Source: Octopus vulgaris
Lineage: Eukaryota
Length of the DNA stretch: 64,000 nucleotides
Direction of reading: 5' to 3'
Assembly: GCA_951406725.2 (NCBI GenBank)
Contig: OX597835.1
Span: 28,024,001 to 28,088,000, forward strand
Shown: positions 25,112 through 38,946 of the stretch, piece after piece
How the letters are laid out: each line of letters begins with the position of its first letter
Position numbering within the stretch: position 1 is the first letter of the stretch
Made by a program: the position numbers and the translations under genes
Notes under the pieces: model-generated
The model's input: the letters and a program-made list of their open reading frames with translations, nothing else
Databases searched by the model: none
What the model was told of the DNA's origin: nothing

Positions 25112-27067
25112 GTATATATATATATATATATAAAAGTAGAAACTGAGGAAAAGAAATCCTTCCAAGGGGTGTGTTAAACATCCAATTCACTGGTACTTCA
25201 GTTGGATATCATATAGGTATTGGTATAATTCAATAATAAAGATAAATTAAATATGGAGTTACTCTGTTGACCATCAAATAATTTATTTATATAATATCAT
25301 GTTATGTTATATATTATATCCATAGTATTTAATGCAATATTGTAATATAAATGAATTATTTGATTATCAATAGAATATCTCCATATTCGAAGTTGACTTT
25401 GTCTTTCATCCTTTTGGTGTCGATAAATTAAGTACCAGTTACGCACTGGAGTCGATATAATCAACTTAATCCATTTGTCTGTCCTTGTTTGTTCCCTTGT
25501 GAGCAATAAAGAAATAAGAATATCTCCATATTTAATCCATCTTTACATACATACATATATATATATATTTATATATATAACCCATGCCAGCATGAAAAGC
25601 AGATGCTAAATGATGAAGAAGATATATTCTTCATAGTCTCTGAAGTCCAAGAAAGACAATTCCATAATTTCTTGCAGCACAGCCTACACAGATGATTAGT
25701 TTATAGAAGTCAAACATTTGTACTGTACATTTGCTCTCTCCCTCCATCAAATAGACATTATCTGACCAAATGCACAGTGAACCACACACAGTGAACCACA
25801 TATCAGTTGTTGGAGTGATTTCAGAGTAACGTGCTCAAGGACATGCCGCACCACCCAGTTTGGGAATTGAAACGACAATCACATGATTGTGAGTGCAATA
25901 CTCTAACCACTGGGCCAATTTGCTTACTCTTGTCAATGGATTGTGGGCATGCTGTAGCACTGCTCTGAATTCACATTCACCCCAGTACTTATTTTGAAGT
26001 GTGGTGCTTATTTTTATCAGCCTCTTTTTGCCAAACTGCTAAGTTACAAGGATGTAACAAATTGTCGCCAGTTGTCAAACAGTGAGAGACAAACACAAAG
26101 ATGCTAACCTGCACATATATGCAGAATGGTTAGAATGTTTCCAAACTTTGCTCAGCGCCATCCACATGGTTTGTAATCCAGCAATTAATCACATTCCACA
26201 ACAACCAGAGAAAACAGAACCAGGCAGGATTTGAACACTACAAGGGTGTCAAGAGCACAGAGCTGCTGAGAAGGATAAAGGTACCAAGAGTTTATGGATT
26301 CCCACAAGAAACTTAGAAGGGAATTCCAGCTCTGTACACCAAATGCCATGAATTTTCTGCCTGCTTGGAAAGTAAGATGTCACAGGGCCTCTGTGATGCA
26401 GTCATCATTATTCTATACAAGAATGGGTGGGAAGATGGCAGAATCACCAGTGCACCAGACACAGTATTCAGTGGCATTCCTTGCAATTCTCCACATTCTG
26501 TGTTCAAATCCTGATGAGGTCGACTTTGCTTTTCATCCATTCAGGATCAATAAAATAAGTGCCAATTGGGTGCTGTCATCGATGTAATCAACTAACCCCA
26601 CACTACTCCTAAAATTGCTGCTCATGTGCCAAATGCTCATGTTCTAAATTTTGAAACCATTCAATACAAGAACATGTAATTCAAAATATAAAAACAATAA
26701 TAAACCATAAAATAAATTGTTTTTCAAAATGAGGAAAGTCCAGCCGCTCTAAGACTGAAGAATAATTCTGCATTCCATTGTAAGGAAAAAATCTTCAGAA
26801 GTTTAACTCTGGACAGACTGGAGCCATTCATTGCAGGGGAACACCTCCCAGAGACTCAATGTGGATTCAGAGCCATGAGAAGCACCATTAACACAGTATT
26901 ATTTGTTCTCAAGTAGCTTCAAGAAAAACATGAAGAGAATTAGCGATATTTGTCAACCATACCAAAGTGTTCAACATACCATGAACAGGAGGAGTAGTCT
27001 GGGAAAATCATGGAAACACTGGAATTCCCCACAATCACCAATGTCTCAATATAGTCTATTATGGTTA

Positions 27068-27355
27068 GTGGAGACACATGGCTTAGCGGTTAGGGTGTTG
27101 GACTGATGATCATAAGATTGTGGTTTCAATTCCTGGACCAGGCAACACATTGTGTTCTTCATTTCATGTTTCTCCAGTCCACTCAGCTGCAGAAATGAAT
27201 ACCACGAGTGGAGTTGTATCGCTTAGTGGTTAGGGTGTTGAACTTGTGACAGTAAGATTGTGGTTTCAATCCCTGGAATGTGTGACCCGTTGTGTTCTTG
27301 AGCATAACACTACATTTCACATTGCTCCAGTCCACTCAGCTGCAGAAATGAGTTT
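27068..27355 (+). mobile_element. Two tandem SINE heads (family C-related)
   Basis: GTGGAG..GCTTAG(C/T)GGTTAGGGTGTTG..TCCAGTCCACTCAGCTGCAGAAATGA repeated at ~27068 and ~27208. Confidence 0.75.
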
Positions 27356-27737
27356 ATCCTAGAGTGGGATGGGCTCTGCCAGGCTTTCTTGCCCTAGATA
27401 TGCTTCATCGCTGCAACACCCCAACAACTCCCAAGGGGTTAAGGGACTTGTCATTGTCAATATGGTCAACCCTGCCGCATGACATTAAGTGTGCCCAAGC
27501 CAGATACAATAATGACCACTCAGAGCCTTTTCTTATTAGGAAATGGTATAAAGCAAGGCTGCTGCAGTCTTGTGCCACCTTCTTCAGGATGATGCCTGCA
27601 AGGGTTGCAAAAAAAGTTTCATGAGGATAACTCAAGTGACTACAGTCCCATGCAAAGATACTGGAGCAACCTACCTAAAAGCTATTCTTTACTGATGTTG
27701 CTGCCCTTGTTACCAAAACATAGTAAACCCTGTAGAG

Positions 27738-28033
27738 CAGAGGTTCTCAACCATTTTTTTACATAGGGATCCTTTTGATTGCTATTTTATTTTGGTGGAC
27801 CTCTATAGTCATTCAATGTTTAAGAAACCTTATTGTGTTTCTATAATTAAATATTAGGACTTTGAAAATTGTGAAAATATTTTGTGTATTCTGGACATAT
27901 AAACCAATTTATTGCATAGAAACCTTACTGATCTGAAGCACAGTTTTCTTCATGGATTCTGAAAAATTATCATTTACTATATTGCATCTGTGAACCCCCA
28001 AAATTTTATATGGACCTCTATTGAAAACTTTAG
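27738..28033. mobile_element. hAT (Charlie-like) MITE
   Basis: Left end CAGAGGTTCTCAACC, degenerate right end TTGAAAACTTTAG, 8-bp TSD CTGTAGAG on both sides. Confidence 0.7.
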
Positions 28034-28054
28034 CTGTAGAGTATAATATCCTAC

Positions 28055-28305
28055 ATGGTAGAGGCTGCTGAGTTCTTCAGACTGGAAGTCACTTCAAAAG
28101 GACATGCACTCCATTGCCCAGATCTCAAGAAGATTACCACCCACCCAGCATTAGTAAGACAGCTGAAAACTGTCCACTTATTCAGCTACCTGGGATGCAC
28201 TATTTCGTCAGGTATCAAAGGCAACAAAGAGGTTGGCAACAGACAGGCAAAAGAAGAAAGCAAAGAGCAACTTTAGCAGACTGTACAGAAGAATCTGGGA
28301 CAGCA
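28055..28305 (+). mobile_element. RTE (BovB-like) reverse transcriptase fragment
   Basis: AAEFFRLEV..QEDYHPP..LKTVHLFSYLGCTISS..KEVGNRQAK, matching the RTE post-YADD region (F.YLGS.IS). Confidence 0.75.
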
Positions 28306-28829
28306 ATGAGATGGGGGATGCAGAATGGATGGTCAAATGTTAAGAATGAGGAATGGATGTCAATAGGAAGTGGTTTGGGGGAGAGAGAGTAATGACTGGC
28401 AACACAGAAAGGGTGATATATATAGTGATGAGTTTCACTTTTATTAATTACAGCAGCAAAATAATACAGTGCACAGAAGGGTAGTGGAAGCTGAGTGATA
28501 GGGAGATGAGGAGAGGACAGGCAATAAGGACTTGAGTAGGACACATTTGGAGAGGGACCCAAATGCAGGCATACACATCACACTCCCAGCCTCCATCACT
28601 ATTGCCATTATAACATGAGCTTTTGCCATGATCACATGCACCCAACACCAGAGCTGAAGACACCGCCGAAAGGGGGGGCGCCACGTCAAAACGGTAGAGG
28701 AGTAGGGGACAAACCGGACATGGTTCCTCCTGATGATTTCTTGAGCTAACTGGATCCTATAAAGGAGCGGTTGTGGTTGCAGACCATGAAACACGGTTGT
28801 AATTCCTGAGTTTTTGCCATGGTCACATT

Positions 28830-29555
28830 ATATGAGAGGGTCTTCTTGAGCACTGTATGTTACCGATCACTTCTGTCCTTTATCATCTCCTCTGAGGTTC
28901 AGCATCTTTAGATCAGTTTTCATCCTACATCATCTTGTTTTCCTTCTTCCACGGGTTCCCATCCGCTCTAAACAATCAGCATTTCTTCATGCAGATGTCT
29001 CATCCGTACACATCACATGCCTACCATAACACACTCATCTGGTTCATTTGTACCTCTGTTGCTCACACATGCTGACATTTCACATCTAGAGGAGCATGTT
29101 CACTACATTTCTTTCTAGTCTTCACAGACCCTCTGCATCCAGGGCCCAAAACTCACTACCATTACCTATTTCTTTACTACCGACAAGGGGATAAACACAG
29201 AGAGGACAAACAAGGACAGACAAACGGATTAAGTCGATTATATCGACCCCAGTGTGTAACTGGTACTTATTTAATCGACCCTGAAAGGTTGAAAGGCAAA
29301 GTCGACCTCGGCGGAATTTGAACTCAGAACATAATGGCAGACGAAATACCGCTAAGCATTTTGCCCGGCGTGCTAATGATTCTGCCAATTTACCACCTTA
29401 CCATGTAGCACTCAATTTATAGAGCGTCATACAACCTGCTTTTCACTCTGAGAGAGAAACCTTTTGGTGCCAGCAAAGGCAATAATAGCTCCTTCAACAC
29501 TCAACAATTTGTTCTTACTCTTGCTACTACACGTTCAGAACTATCTTCTTCACTC
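28830..29555 (-). mobile_element. Decayed RTE ORF C-terminus interrupted by SINE B (29165-29400)
   Basis: Similar to 51225-51660; a full SINE B copy is inserted in it. Confidence 0.7.
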
Positions 29556-30289
29556 GGCGCTGGATTAACCATTAAGCAGAATAAGCACGTGCTTAGGTCA
29601 TCAGGATGGGGGGGGGGGGACCATGGAAATGGTAAATGCTTTACAGCAGACAAGAAATCACTTTAAATTTGCTAAAATAATATTCCAAATGGCTTATCAT
29701 CATCATCATCATCCTTTAATGTCCGCTTTCCATGCTAGCATGGGTTGGATGGTTTGACTGAGGTCTGGCGAACCAGACTCCAATCTGATCTGGCAGAGTT
29801 TCTACAGCTAGATGCCCTTCCTAACGCCAACCACTCTGAGAGTGTAGTGCGTGCACGAGGGCCAATTTGGTGTTACTGGCAATGGCCAGAAATATAATTA
29901 TTATTAGACGTGTTACCTATGATTAATTTTGAGGATCCGATCTAAGATTCTGCAACTATAAAAAGTAGGAGAAAACTTTCCAAATATAATCAAGTGAAAG
30001 TATACATACAAAAATAAATATTACCCTCCACTTTACTCTTAGTTTTATTTCATTTTGAAAAACAATTTATTTTATGGTTTACTAAAGTTTTTATATTTTG
30101 AATTACATATATATCGGGGCACCAATATCTTTTAAGTGCTGAGGGCCATGTCTTCACTGCTGATTGGATCACCTTGATAACAAAAGATATCATCTACTCC
30201 TAGGGAACCTCCAAGGCATTTGACAGAATCTATTTTCCTAAGTGTTTTCAGCACTTATTTATAAGTCCTACATTCAAAAATCAATGGAG

Positions 30290-30647
30290 ACTGTAGTTGT
30301 GATCCCTGGGCCGGTGGCACGTAAAAAGCACCATCCGAACGTGGCCAATGCCAGCGCCACCATGACTGGCTTCTGTGCCGGTGGCATGTAAAAAGCACCA
30401 TCCGAATGTGGCCGATGCCAGTGGCATGTAAAAAGTACCAATCCGATCGTGGCCGTTGCCAGCCTCGCCTGGCACCTGCGCCGGTGGCACATAAAAAACA
30501 CCCACAACACTCACAGATTGGTTGGCGTTAGGAAGGGTATCCAGCTGTAGAAACACTGCCAGATCAGACTGGAGCCTGGTGCAGCCTTCTGGCTTCCCAG
30601 ATCCCTGCTAGCACGGAGAACGGACGTTAAATGATGATGATGATGAT
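30290..30647 (+). mobile_element. RTE 3' UTR-type element (family D) with internal tandem repeats and (GAT)n tail
   Basis: Four GTGGCA(C/T)GTAAAAAGCACC-type units, then GGTTGGCGTTAGGAAGGG..CAGCTGTAGAAAC..GGACGTTAAATGATGATG. Confidence 0.8.
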
Positions 30648-30769
30648 ACTTGACCCTCATTCTATTGCATCTCTAAAGTTTGCTTTAGGAACACAGTATG
30701 AAATTCATGCCTAATCTTTTCCTATATATCAAGCAGAGCCACACATAACGTCTTGTCTGTTTACTTACT

Positions 30770-31260
30770 AACTCATTAATCTTTGTCTAAGTTTACTTTG
30801 AGGCCCTTTAATTCCAGGTTTCGCTTCCATGCCTGCGATTTCTTCTCTAATACTACTACAGATCCAACTATAAGAACTATGTTTGTTGTTGTTTTGTTTT
30901 GTTCCTTCTCGAGCCATGCCGGGCTCATAAGGGCCGGTTTCCTGGTTTCTTGGCATATAGGTTCCCCACCTGGAAGGGACACCAGTCCGTCGCAGGTGAG
31001 CTGCAAGATGCAGGAGGAAAGAGTGAGAGAAAGTTGTGGCAAAAGGGTCAGCAGAAGTTCGCCATTACCTTCTACCTGAGCCGCGTGGAGCTTAGGTGTT
31101 TTGCTCATAAACACACACATCACCCACTGAGATTCGAACTTGCAAGCCCTCGACCGCGAGCCCACTGCTCTAACCACTAGGTCATGTGCCTCCACATAAG
31201 AACTATGTCATCATCAGGAGTTCCCGTTGGTATCTAATCTGAACCGTTCCAGTTAAGGCC
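30770..31260 (-). mobile_element. RTE RT catalytic region split by SINE family C (30883-31195, tail type 2)
   Basis: Removing the SINE (13-bp TSD ATAAGAACTATGT) restores ELL..DDIVLIVGSVVVLEKKSQAWKRNLELKGLKVNLDK, the YADD region. Confidence 0.8.
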
Positions 31261-31669
31261 TGGAGACAGAGAGAGAGAGTTTGAGGCAAGGTGATGAGAG
31301 AAAGAGGAATATGTGATGAGACAAAGAGATTTAATATTGTTTGCCAGTGGAAGTGGATTAGCAGATTAGATATGTTGGGAATGGGAGTATGGAAAAGACA
31401 GCAGAGGGGAAAGGGGAAAGGTGAGAGTAGTGTCAGGGGGTTAGTGAGAAGGAGAGAGGGACAGAGTAATAAGGGTGATGGTGTGGGTGGATTAGAAGGA
31501 TCAAATGATGGGTTATATTATACAGGTGGATATGGGTGGGGTTGGCGGTGAGTCAAAGGAAACATGACAGAAAGAAGGGTATGATGGGAATGAGGATCCA
31601 GACAGGCTGTGGGAACCCATAAGTTATATATGTGAGTGTGTGTGTCTGTGTGTGTGTGTGTGTATGTGT

Positions 31670-31819
31670 GTGCATGTAGCAAGAAGTCTGCTTCCCAATC
31701 ACATGGTTCCAGGTTCAGTCCCACTGCGTGGCACCTTGGGCAAGTGTCTTCTACTATAGCCTCGGACCGAACAAAGCTTTGTGAGTGGATTTGGTACATG
31801 GAAACTGAAAGAAGTATAA

Positions 31820-31879
<60 letters not shown>

Positions 31880-32035
31880 TATACGCTGTGTGGTAAGTAG
31901 CTTGTTTACCAACCACATAGTTCTGGGTTCAGTCCCACTGCGTGGCACCTTGGGCAAGTGTCTTCTACAATAGCCTCGGGCCAACCAAAGCCTTGTGAGA
32001 GGATTTGGTAGACGGAAACTGAAAGAAACCCGTCA
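31670..32035 (+). mobile_element. Two SINE family A heads separated by (TG)n(TA)n
   Basis: Family A head motifs at ~31670-31815 and 31884-32035. Confidence 0.85.
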
Positions 32036-32229
32036 TATATATGTATGTATGTATATATATATATATAAAATTAGTAATGCAATACTAGAGTATTGCTTTC
32101 CAGTAAAGAATAGCCCGTGAAGCTATACATTAGCGTCGTATTATTACGTTTGCTATTTCCAGTAAATATTGGTACTTCGTTGTGCCATATAGTTACTTCT
32201 TTATATATATATATATGTATATATATATG

Positions 32230-32515
32230 GTCAATGCCAGTGCTGTATGACCGGCTCCCCAAGCCAGTGGCACGCAAAGAACACCATCCGAAAGTAGTCA
32301 ATGACAGTGCCACCTGACTGACTCCCATGCTGGTGGCTTGTAAAAAAGCACCCGCTATACTCTCAGAGTGGTTGGCATTAGGAAGGGCATCCAGCTGTGG
32401 AAACCTTGCCAGATCAGATTGGAGCCTGGTGCAGCTTACGGGCTTGCCAGTCCTCAGTCAAACTGTCCAACCCATGCCAGCATGGAAAACAGATGTTAAA
32501 CAATGATGATGATGT
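32230..32515 (+). mobile_element. RTE 3' UTR-type element (family D)
   Basis: Same motifs as 30290-30647; (GAT)n tail. Confidence 0.8.
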
Positions 32516-32661
32516 ATACAGGGTGGACCAAAAATCACACACAAAATAAGTTCAATATGCTTTGGATTTGCCAAGGACATGCTTCGATTTTTCTAAAATT
32601 GAATAAAATAAATGAAATAGTGATGAATACACATGTACTTTTACATAATAATAATAATAAT

Positions 32662-33475
32662 AAGGTGAGCTGGCAGAAACATTAGCCCACCGGGTGAAAT
32701 GCTTAGCGGTATATTCTGTTCAAATTCTGCCAATTTCAACTTTGCCTTTCATCCTTTCAGCATTGATAAATTAAGTACCTCTTGCATACTAGAGTCAATC
32801 TAAAAGAATGGTCCTTCCCTCAAAATTTCAGGCCTTGTACCTAGAGTAGAAAAGAATAATAATAATAACCCTTTCTACTAATGGCACAAGGCCTGAAATT
32901 TGGGTGAGGGGACCAATCGAGTACATCAACCCTTGTGTTTCCCTGGTATTTAATTCATCGACCCTGAAAGAATGACAGGCAAAGCTGACCTCGACCGAAT
33001 TTGAACTTAGAACGTAAAGACTGACTAAATGCCACTAAGCATTTGGCCCAGTGTGCCAACGATTCTGCCAGCTCGCTGCCTTACTCTTTCTCTTTTACGC
33101 TTTTACTTGTTTCAGTCATTTGACTGCGGCCGTGCTGGAGCACTGCCTTTAGTCAAGCAAATCGACCCCAGGACTTATTCTTTGTAAGCCTAGTACTTCT
33201 CTATCAGTCTCTTTTGCCGAACCGCTAAGTTACGGGGACATGAACACACCAGCATCGGTTGTCAAGCGATGTTGGGAGGACAAACACAGACACACAAATA
33301 CACACACATATATACGACGGGCTTCTTTCAGTTTCCATCTACCAAATCCATTCACAAGGATTTGGTCGCCCCGAGGCTATAGTAGAAGACACTTGCCCAA
33401 AGTGCCATGCAGTAGGACTGAACCCGAACCATGTGGTTGGTAAGCAAGCTACTTACCACACAGCCACTCCTGCAC

Positions 33476-33506
<31 letters not shown>

Positions 33507-33916
33507 CCTTTCTACTGTAGGTACAAGACCTGAAATTTGGGGGGAAAGATCAGGTTGATCACATCGACCCCCCAGGACTTAACTGGTACTTGATTTATCA
33601 GTCCTGAAGGATGAAAGGCAAAGTCGACCTAAGCGTAATTTGAACTCAGAACGTAACAATGCTAACAATTTTGCCAGCTGATTGCCTTAATAATAATAAT
33701 AATAATCTTTTCTACTATAGGCACAAGGCCTGAAATTTTGTAGGAAGGGGCCAGTCGATTAGATTGACCCCAGTAAGCAACAGGTACTTAATTTATCGAC
33801 CCTGAGAGGATGAAAAGCAAAGTCGACCTCAGCGGAATTTGAACTCAGAACGTAAAGAGACGAAATACCGCAAAGCATTTTGTCCAGTGCGTTAACAATT
33901 CTGCCAGCTCACCACC

Positions 33917-33968
<52 letters not shown>

Positions 33969-34205
33969 TTTCAAATTTTTGCCACAAGGGCAGCTTTGGG
34001 GAGGGGATTGAGTCAATTACATCAACTCCAGCACATAACTGGTACTTATATAATTGATCCCCAACAGGATGAAAGGCAAAGCTGACCTCAGCATAATTTG
34101 AACTCAAAACACAGCAACAAGTGAAATACCGCAAAGCATTTTGCCCGGTATGCTAACGATTCTGCCAGCTTGCAACCTTAAATAATAATAATAATAATAA
34201 TAATA
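32662..34205. mobile_element. Array of SINE family B copies separated by (AAT)n, plus one SINE A (33085-33475)
   Basis: B copies at 32662-32860(+), 32868-33082(-), 33505-33690(-), 33706-33920(-) and 33967-34180(-), mostly bounded by AAT repeats. Confidence 0.85.
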
Positions 34206-34647
34206 GTTTTAATATAAATAAAATGTCAAATATTTTGGTGCATGACATTTGGTCCACTCTGTATATATATGTATATATGTCCTACCATACTTAAAATCCC
34301 ACCACCCCATCAAATACCGGTATGTCACTTAGTAACAGGAGCTTTTCCCTTCTTTCTCTTGTTCTCTTTTTTTTTTTTTGTCTTACTGATTACTTGGCCA
34401 CCCCACTGCTGTTGGTTGACAAAAAGAAAAGAAAGAAAAAAATGCCCACTACACTCTGTAAAATGAATGGCATCAGGAAAGGTGTTCAGCCTTATAAACC
34501 ATGCCAAAACTGACGTGGAGCATGGGGTCACCCTGCAGCTCACTGGATCCTATCAAACTGCCCAATACATGCCAGCATGGAAAACGGACAACAAATGATG
34601 ATGATGATGATAATGTATGTACATGTATAGATGCAGGCATGGGTATA

Positions 34648-34810
34648 GACGCAGGTGTGGCTGTGTTGTAAGAAGCCTGCTTCCCAACCACATGGTTCTG
34701 GGTTCACTCCTACTGCATGGCACCTTAGGGAAGTGTCTTCTGCTACAGCCTCAGGCCAACCAAAGCCTTGTGAGTGGGTTTGGGAGACGGAAACTGAAAG
34801 ATGCTCGTCA

Positions 34811-34876
<66 letters not shown>

Positions 34877-34984
34877 CCTGCTCGCTTAGCCAGCAGGGTG
34901 GCATCATTTGAAGGCTAAAACAATGCGAACGCATTGTGACCAGCGATGTGTAGCAACATCTGATGGTCTGGTCGGCCACGTGAT

Positions 34985-35046
<62 letters not shown>

Positions 35047-35265
35047 TTATGCATGTGTGTGTGCCTGTGTTTGTCACACCATCATCGCTTTACATCCGAT
35101 GTTGGTGTGTTTATATCCCTGTAACTTAGCAGTTCGGCAAAAGAGACCAATAGATTAAGTACTAAGCTTACAAAGAATAAGTTCTGGCGCATCGATTTGT
35201 TTGACTAAAAAGTAGTGCTCCAGCATGGCCACACAGTCAAATGACTGAAACAAGTAAAAGAATAA
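34648..35265 (+). mobile_element. SINE family A with a family C tail fragment (34873-34990) inserted in its internal (TA)n
   Basis: 34873-34990 matches 56119-56240. Confidence 0.85.
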
Positions 35266-35297
35266 GACAATGTATATGTGTGTGTATGCATATGTGT

Positions 35298-35375
<78 letters not shown>

Positions 35376-35604
35376 TTTCTGGTTTTGACATCACATGATA
35401 GTTGTACGAGTTTTCACTGTCATATAATCAATGTTACTCCTTTCCAACATTCAGCAAAAACATCTTCTGGTCATGGGGGAAAAGTGGAACCTTACATGGA
35501 AACAGTGAGGGTTGTATGACAGGAAGGGCATCCAGCTGTATAGAAAACTTGCCTCAATAAACTCCATCTGCCTCCATGGAAAAGTGGAGATAAAACACTC
35601 GTTT

Positions 35605-35645
<41 letters not shown>

Positions 35646-35650
<5 letters not shown>

Positions 35651-35870
35651 CTTAATTGCCCACAAGGGGCTAAACATAGAGAGGACAAACAAGGACAGAC
35701 AAAGGGATTAAGTCGATTGCATTGACCCCAGTGCATAACTGGTACTTAATTTATCGACCCCGAAAGGATGAAAGGCAAAGTCGACCTCGGCGGAATTTGA
35801 ACTCACAACGTAACGGCAGACAAAATACAGCTACGCATTTTGCCCGGCGTGCTAACGGTTCTGCCAGCTT
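35646..35870 (-). mobile_element. SINE family B
   Basis: Nin-type core on the minus strand between TA tracts. Confidence 0.88.
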
Positions 35871-36059
35871 GATATATATATATATATATATACAAGCGTA
35901 GGTGTGGCTGTGCTGTAAGAAGCTTGCTTCCCAACCACAAAATTCCGGGTTCAGACCTACTGCATGCCACCTTGGGCAAGTGTCTCCCACTATAGCCTTG
36001 GGCCAACCAAAACCTTGTGAGTAAATTGAATGACTTTGGAAACTGAAAGAAGCCTGTCA

Positions 36060-36114
<55 letters not shown>

Positions 36115-36641
36115 ATGTATATGTGTATGTATACATATTTATGTATATATATAAATGTAGAGAAAGAGAGAGATCATCCAATAATGTTTCGCTAAATCTA
36201 TTTGTTCATTCCTTCACTTTCCCTGTGCTAATGGAGTGCAGAATGTGGTTTAGAGTACTGTTTCTAGCACATTAGTACTTTTCTCAGTACTCTTAATTAT
36301 AATTATATAATTATATATATATATATATGTTAATCTTTACTTATATGGTTTTTAATTACATGCTGACCACTGATATAATTGGAGTTTTTTTTATGATCAT
36401 AATTTGACCCTTATTGTGCGAGTGTGTGTATATACACACACACACATATATATCTCTAGGTGTATGTCTGTCTGTGTCTTTGTAACTTAGTGGGTCAGCA
36501 AAAGAGACTGATAGAATAAGTAACAGGCTTAGAATGAAAAATAAGAAGAACTAGGTGCAATTCATTTTTCAAGGCAGTGCCCCAGTATGGCCACAGTCTA
36601 ATGACTGAAACAAGTAACTGATAACAGATATACACACACAC

Positions 36642-36683
<42 letters not shown>

Positions 36684-36752
36684 CGGAGATGTACTTGCAT
36701 GGCAAGTGACTTGATCTAAGATCATGTGCTGATATATATATGTGTATGTATG

Positions 36753-36811
<59 letters not shown>

Positions 36812-37304
36812 CGTCTCTCAGGGTTAAATAAAGATATAGGCATTCATTCTTCTCACACTATAAATGTGCAGAAAAAGTCGTGAAGGCATATTTTGATGGA
36901 CTATTTTACATTTCTTTTTTTTTTTACAACTCCTCATGGACAGTGAAACTAGCTTCCTTCCCCAATCATTAGGAAAGACCTGCTGCTATACATTACAGTC
37001 ATAAATTAGACTAACGCATTAATGGATAGCCAAATTAGCATATTTACACTCTCGACAGCTAATCACTAATCAAACAATATTTATGCACAACATGGTGTAG
37101 ATTAAAAGAACTAAAATAAATTTAAATAGTATAATGCTTCACTGTGGATTACAACTTATGTGCAAAAAAAAAAAGGGGAGGGATATGAAGAAAACAGTAG
37201 GAGTCTCTTGATAGAATGATTCACTGTTTGGTGAACACTCCTCAGAGAAGGCGTGTCCACCTGCCTTCATCAATAGCATAGATCAGCTGCTTATGAAACA
37301 GCCA

Positions 37305-38265
<961 letters not shown>

Positions 38266-38267
38266 TG

Positions 38268-38500
38268 CAAGGCGGTGAGCTGGCAGAAACGTTAGCGCGC
38301 CAGGCGAAATACTTAGCGGTATTTCGTCTGCCGTTACGTTCTGAGTTCAAATTCCGCCGGGGTTGACTTTGCTTTTCATCCTTTTGGGGTCGATAAATAA
38401 AGTACCAGTTATGCACTGGGGTCGATGTAATCGACTTAATCCCTTTGTCTGTCCTTGTTTGTCCCCTTTATGTTTAGCCCCTTGTGGGTAATAAAGAAAT
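38268..38500 (+). mobile_element. SINE family B, full length
   Basis: Head AAGGCGGTGAGCTGGCAGAAACGTTAG to tail GCCCCTTGTGGGTAATAAAGAAATA. Confidence 0.9.
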
Positions 38501-38874
38501 ATATATATATATATGTATATATATTATAGAGATATATAGATATATGCATATATGCATATATACATATGCATATATATATATATATATACATAACGCGTAT
38601 ATATGTGTATATATATATATGCATACATGTATATATATATGCATATATGTATTTATATACGTGTAATATATGTATCTATATATTTGTATATATCTATATA
38701 TGCGTGTATGTATGTAAATGTGTATGTATATGTATATATACATATACGCACACGCATTACCGTGCGTACATACACATAAATTGACACATACATGTGCATA
38801 TATATATATACACACACGTTCACATGCATACATACACAAATTCATTGACATACATATATATATACATATATATA

Positions 38875-38946
38875 CTTTATTTAAAAGCAGCAGAAAATTC
38901 AACAAAACCTGTTACTCTGTGAATTTTCTGCTGCTTTTAAATAAAG
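38875..38946. repeat. Perfect 27-bp-arm hairpin inside a short element embedded in (TA)n
   Basis: CTTTATTTAAAAGCAGCAGAAAATTCA (38875-38901) / TGAATTTTCTGCTGCTTTTAAATAAAG (38920-38946). Confidence 0.92.

Noticed and set aside
26100-27060. Possible Tc1-like transposase debris
   Set aside because: Only vague motif resemblance; no alignable reading frame by eye.
37250-37285. C/D-box-like TGATGA..CTGA on the minus strand
   Set aside because: Boxes only ~20 nt apart and no terminal stem; too short for a snoRNA.
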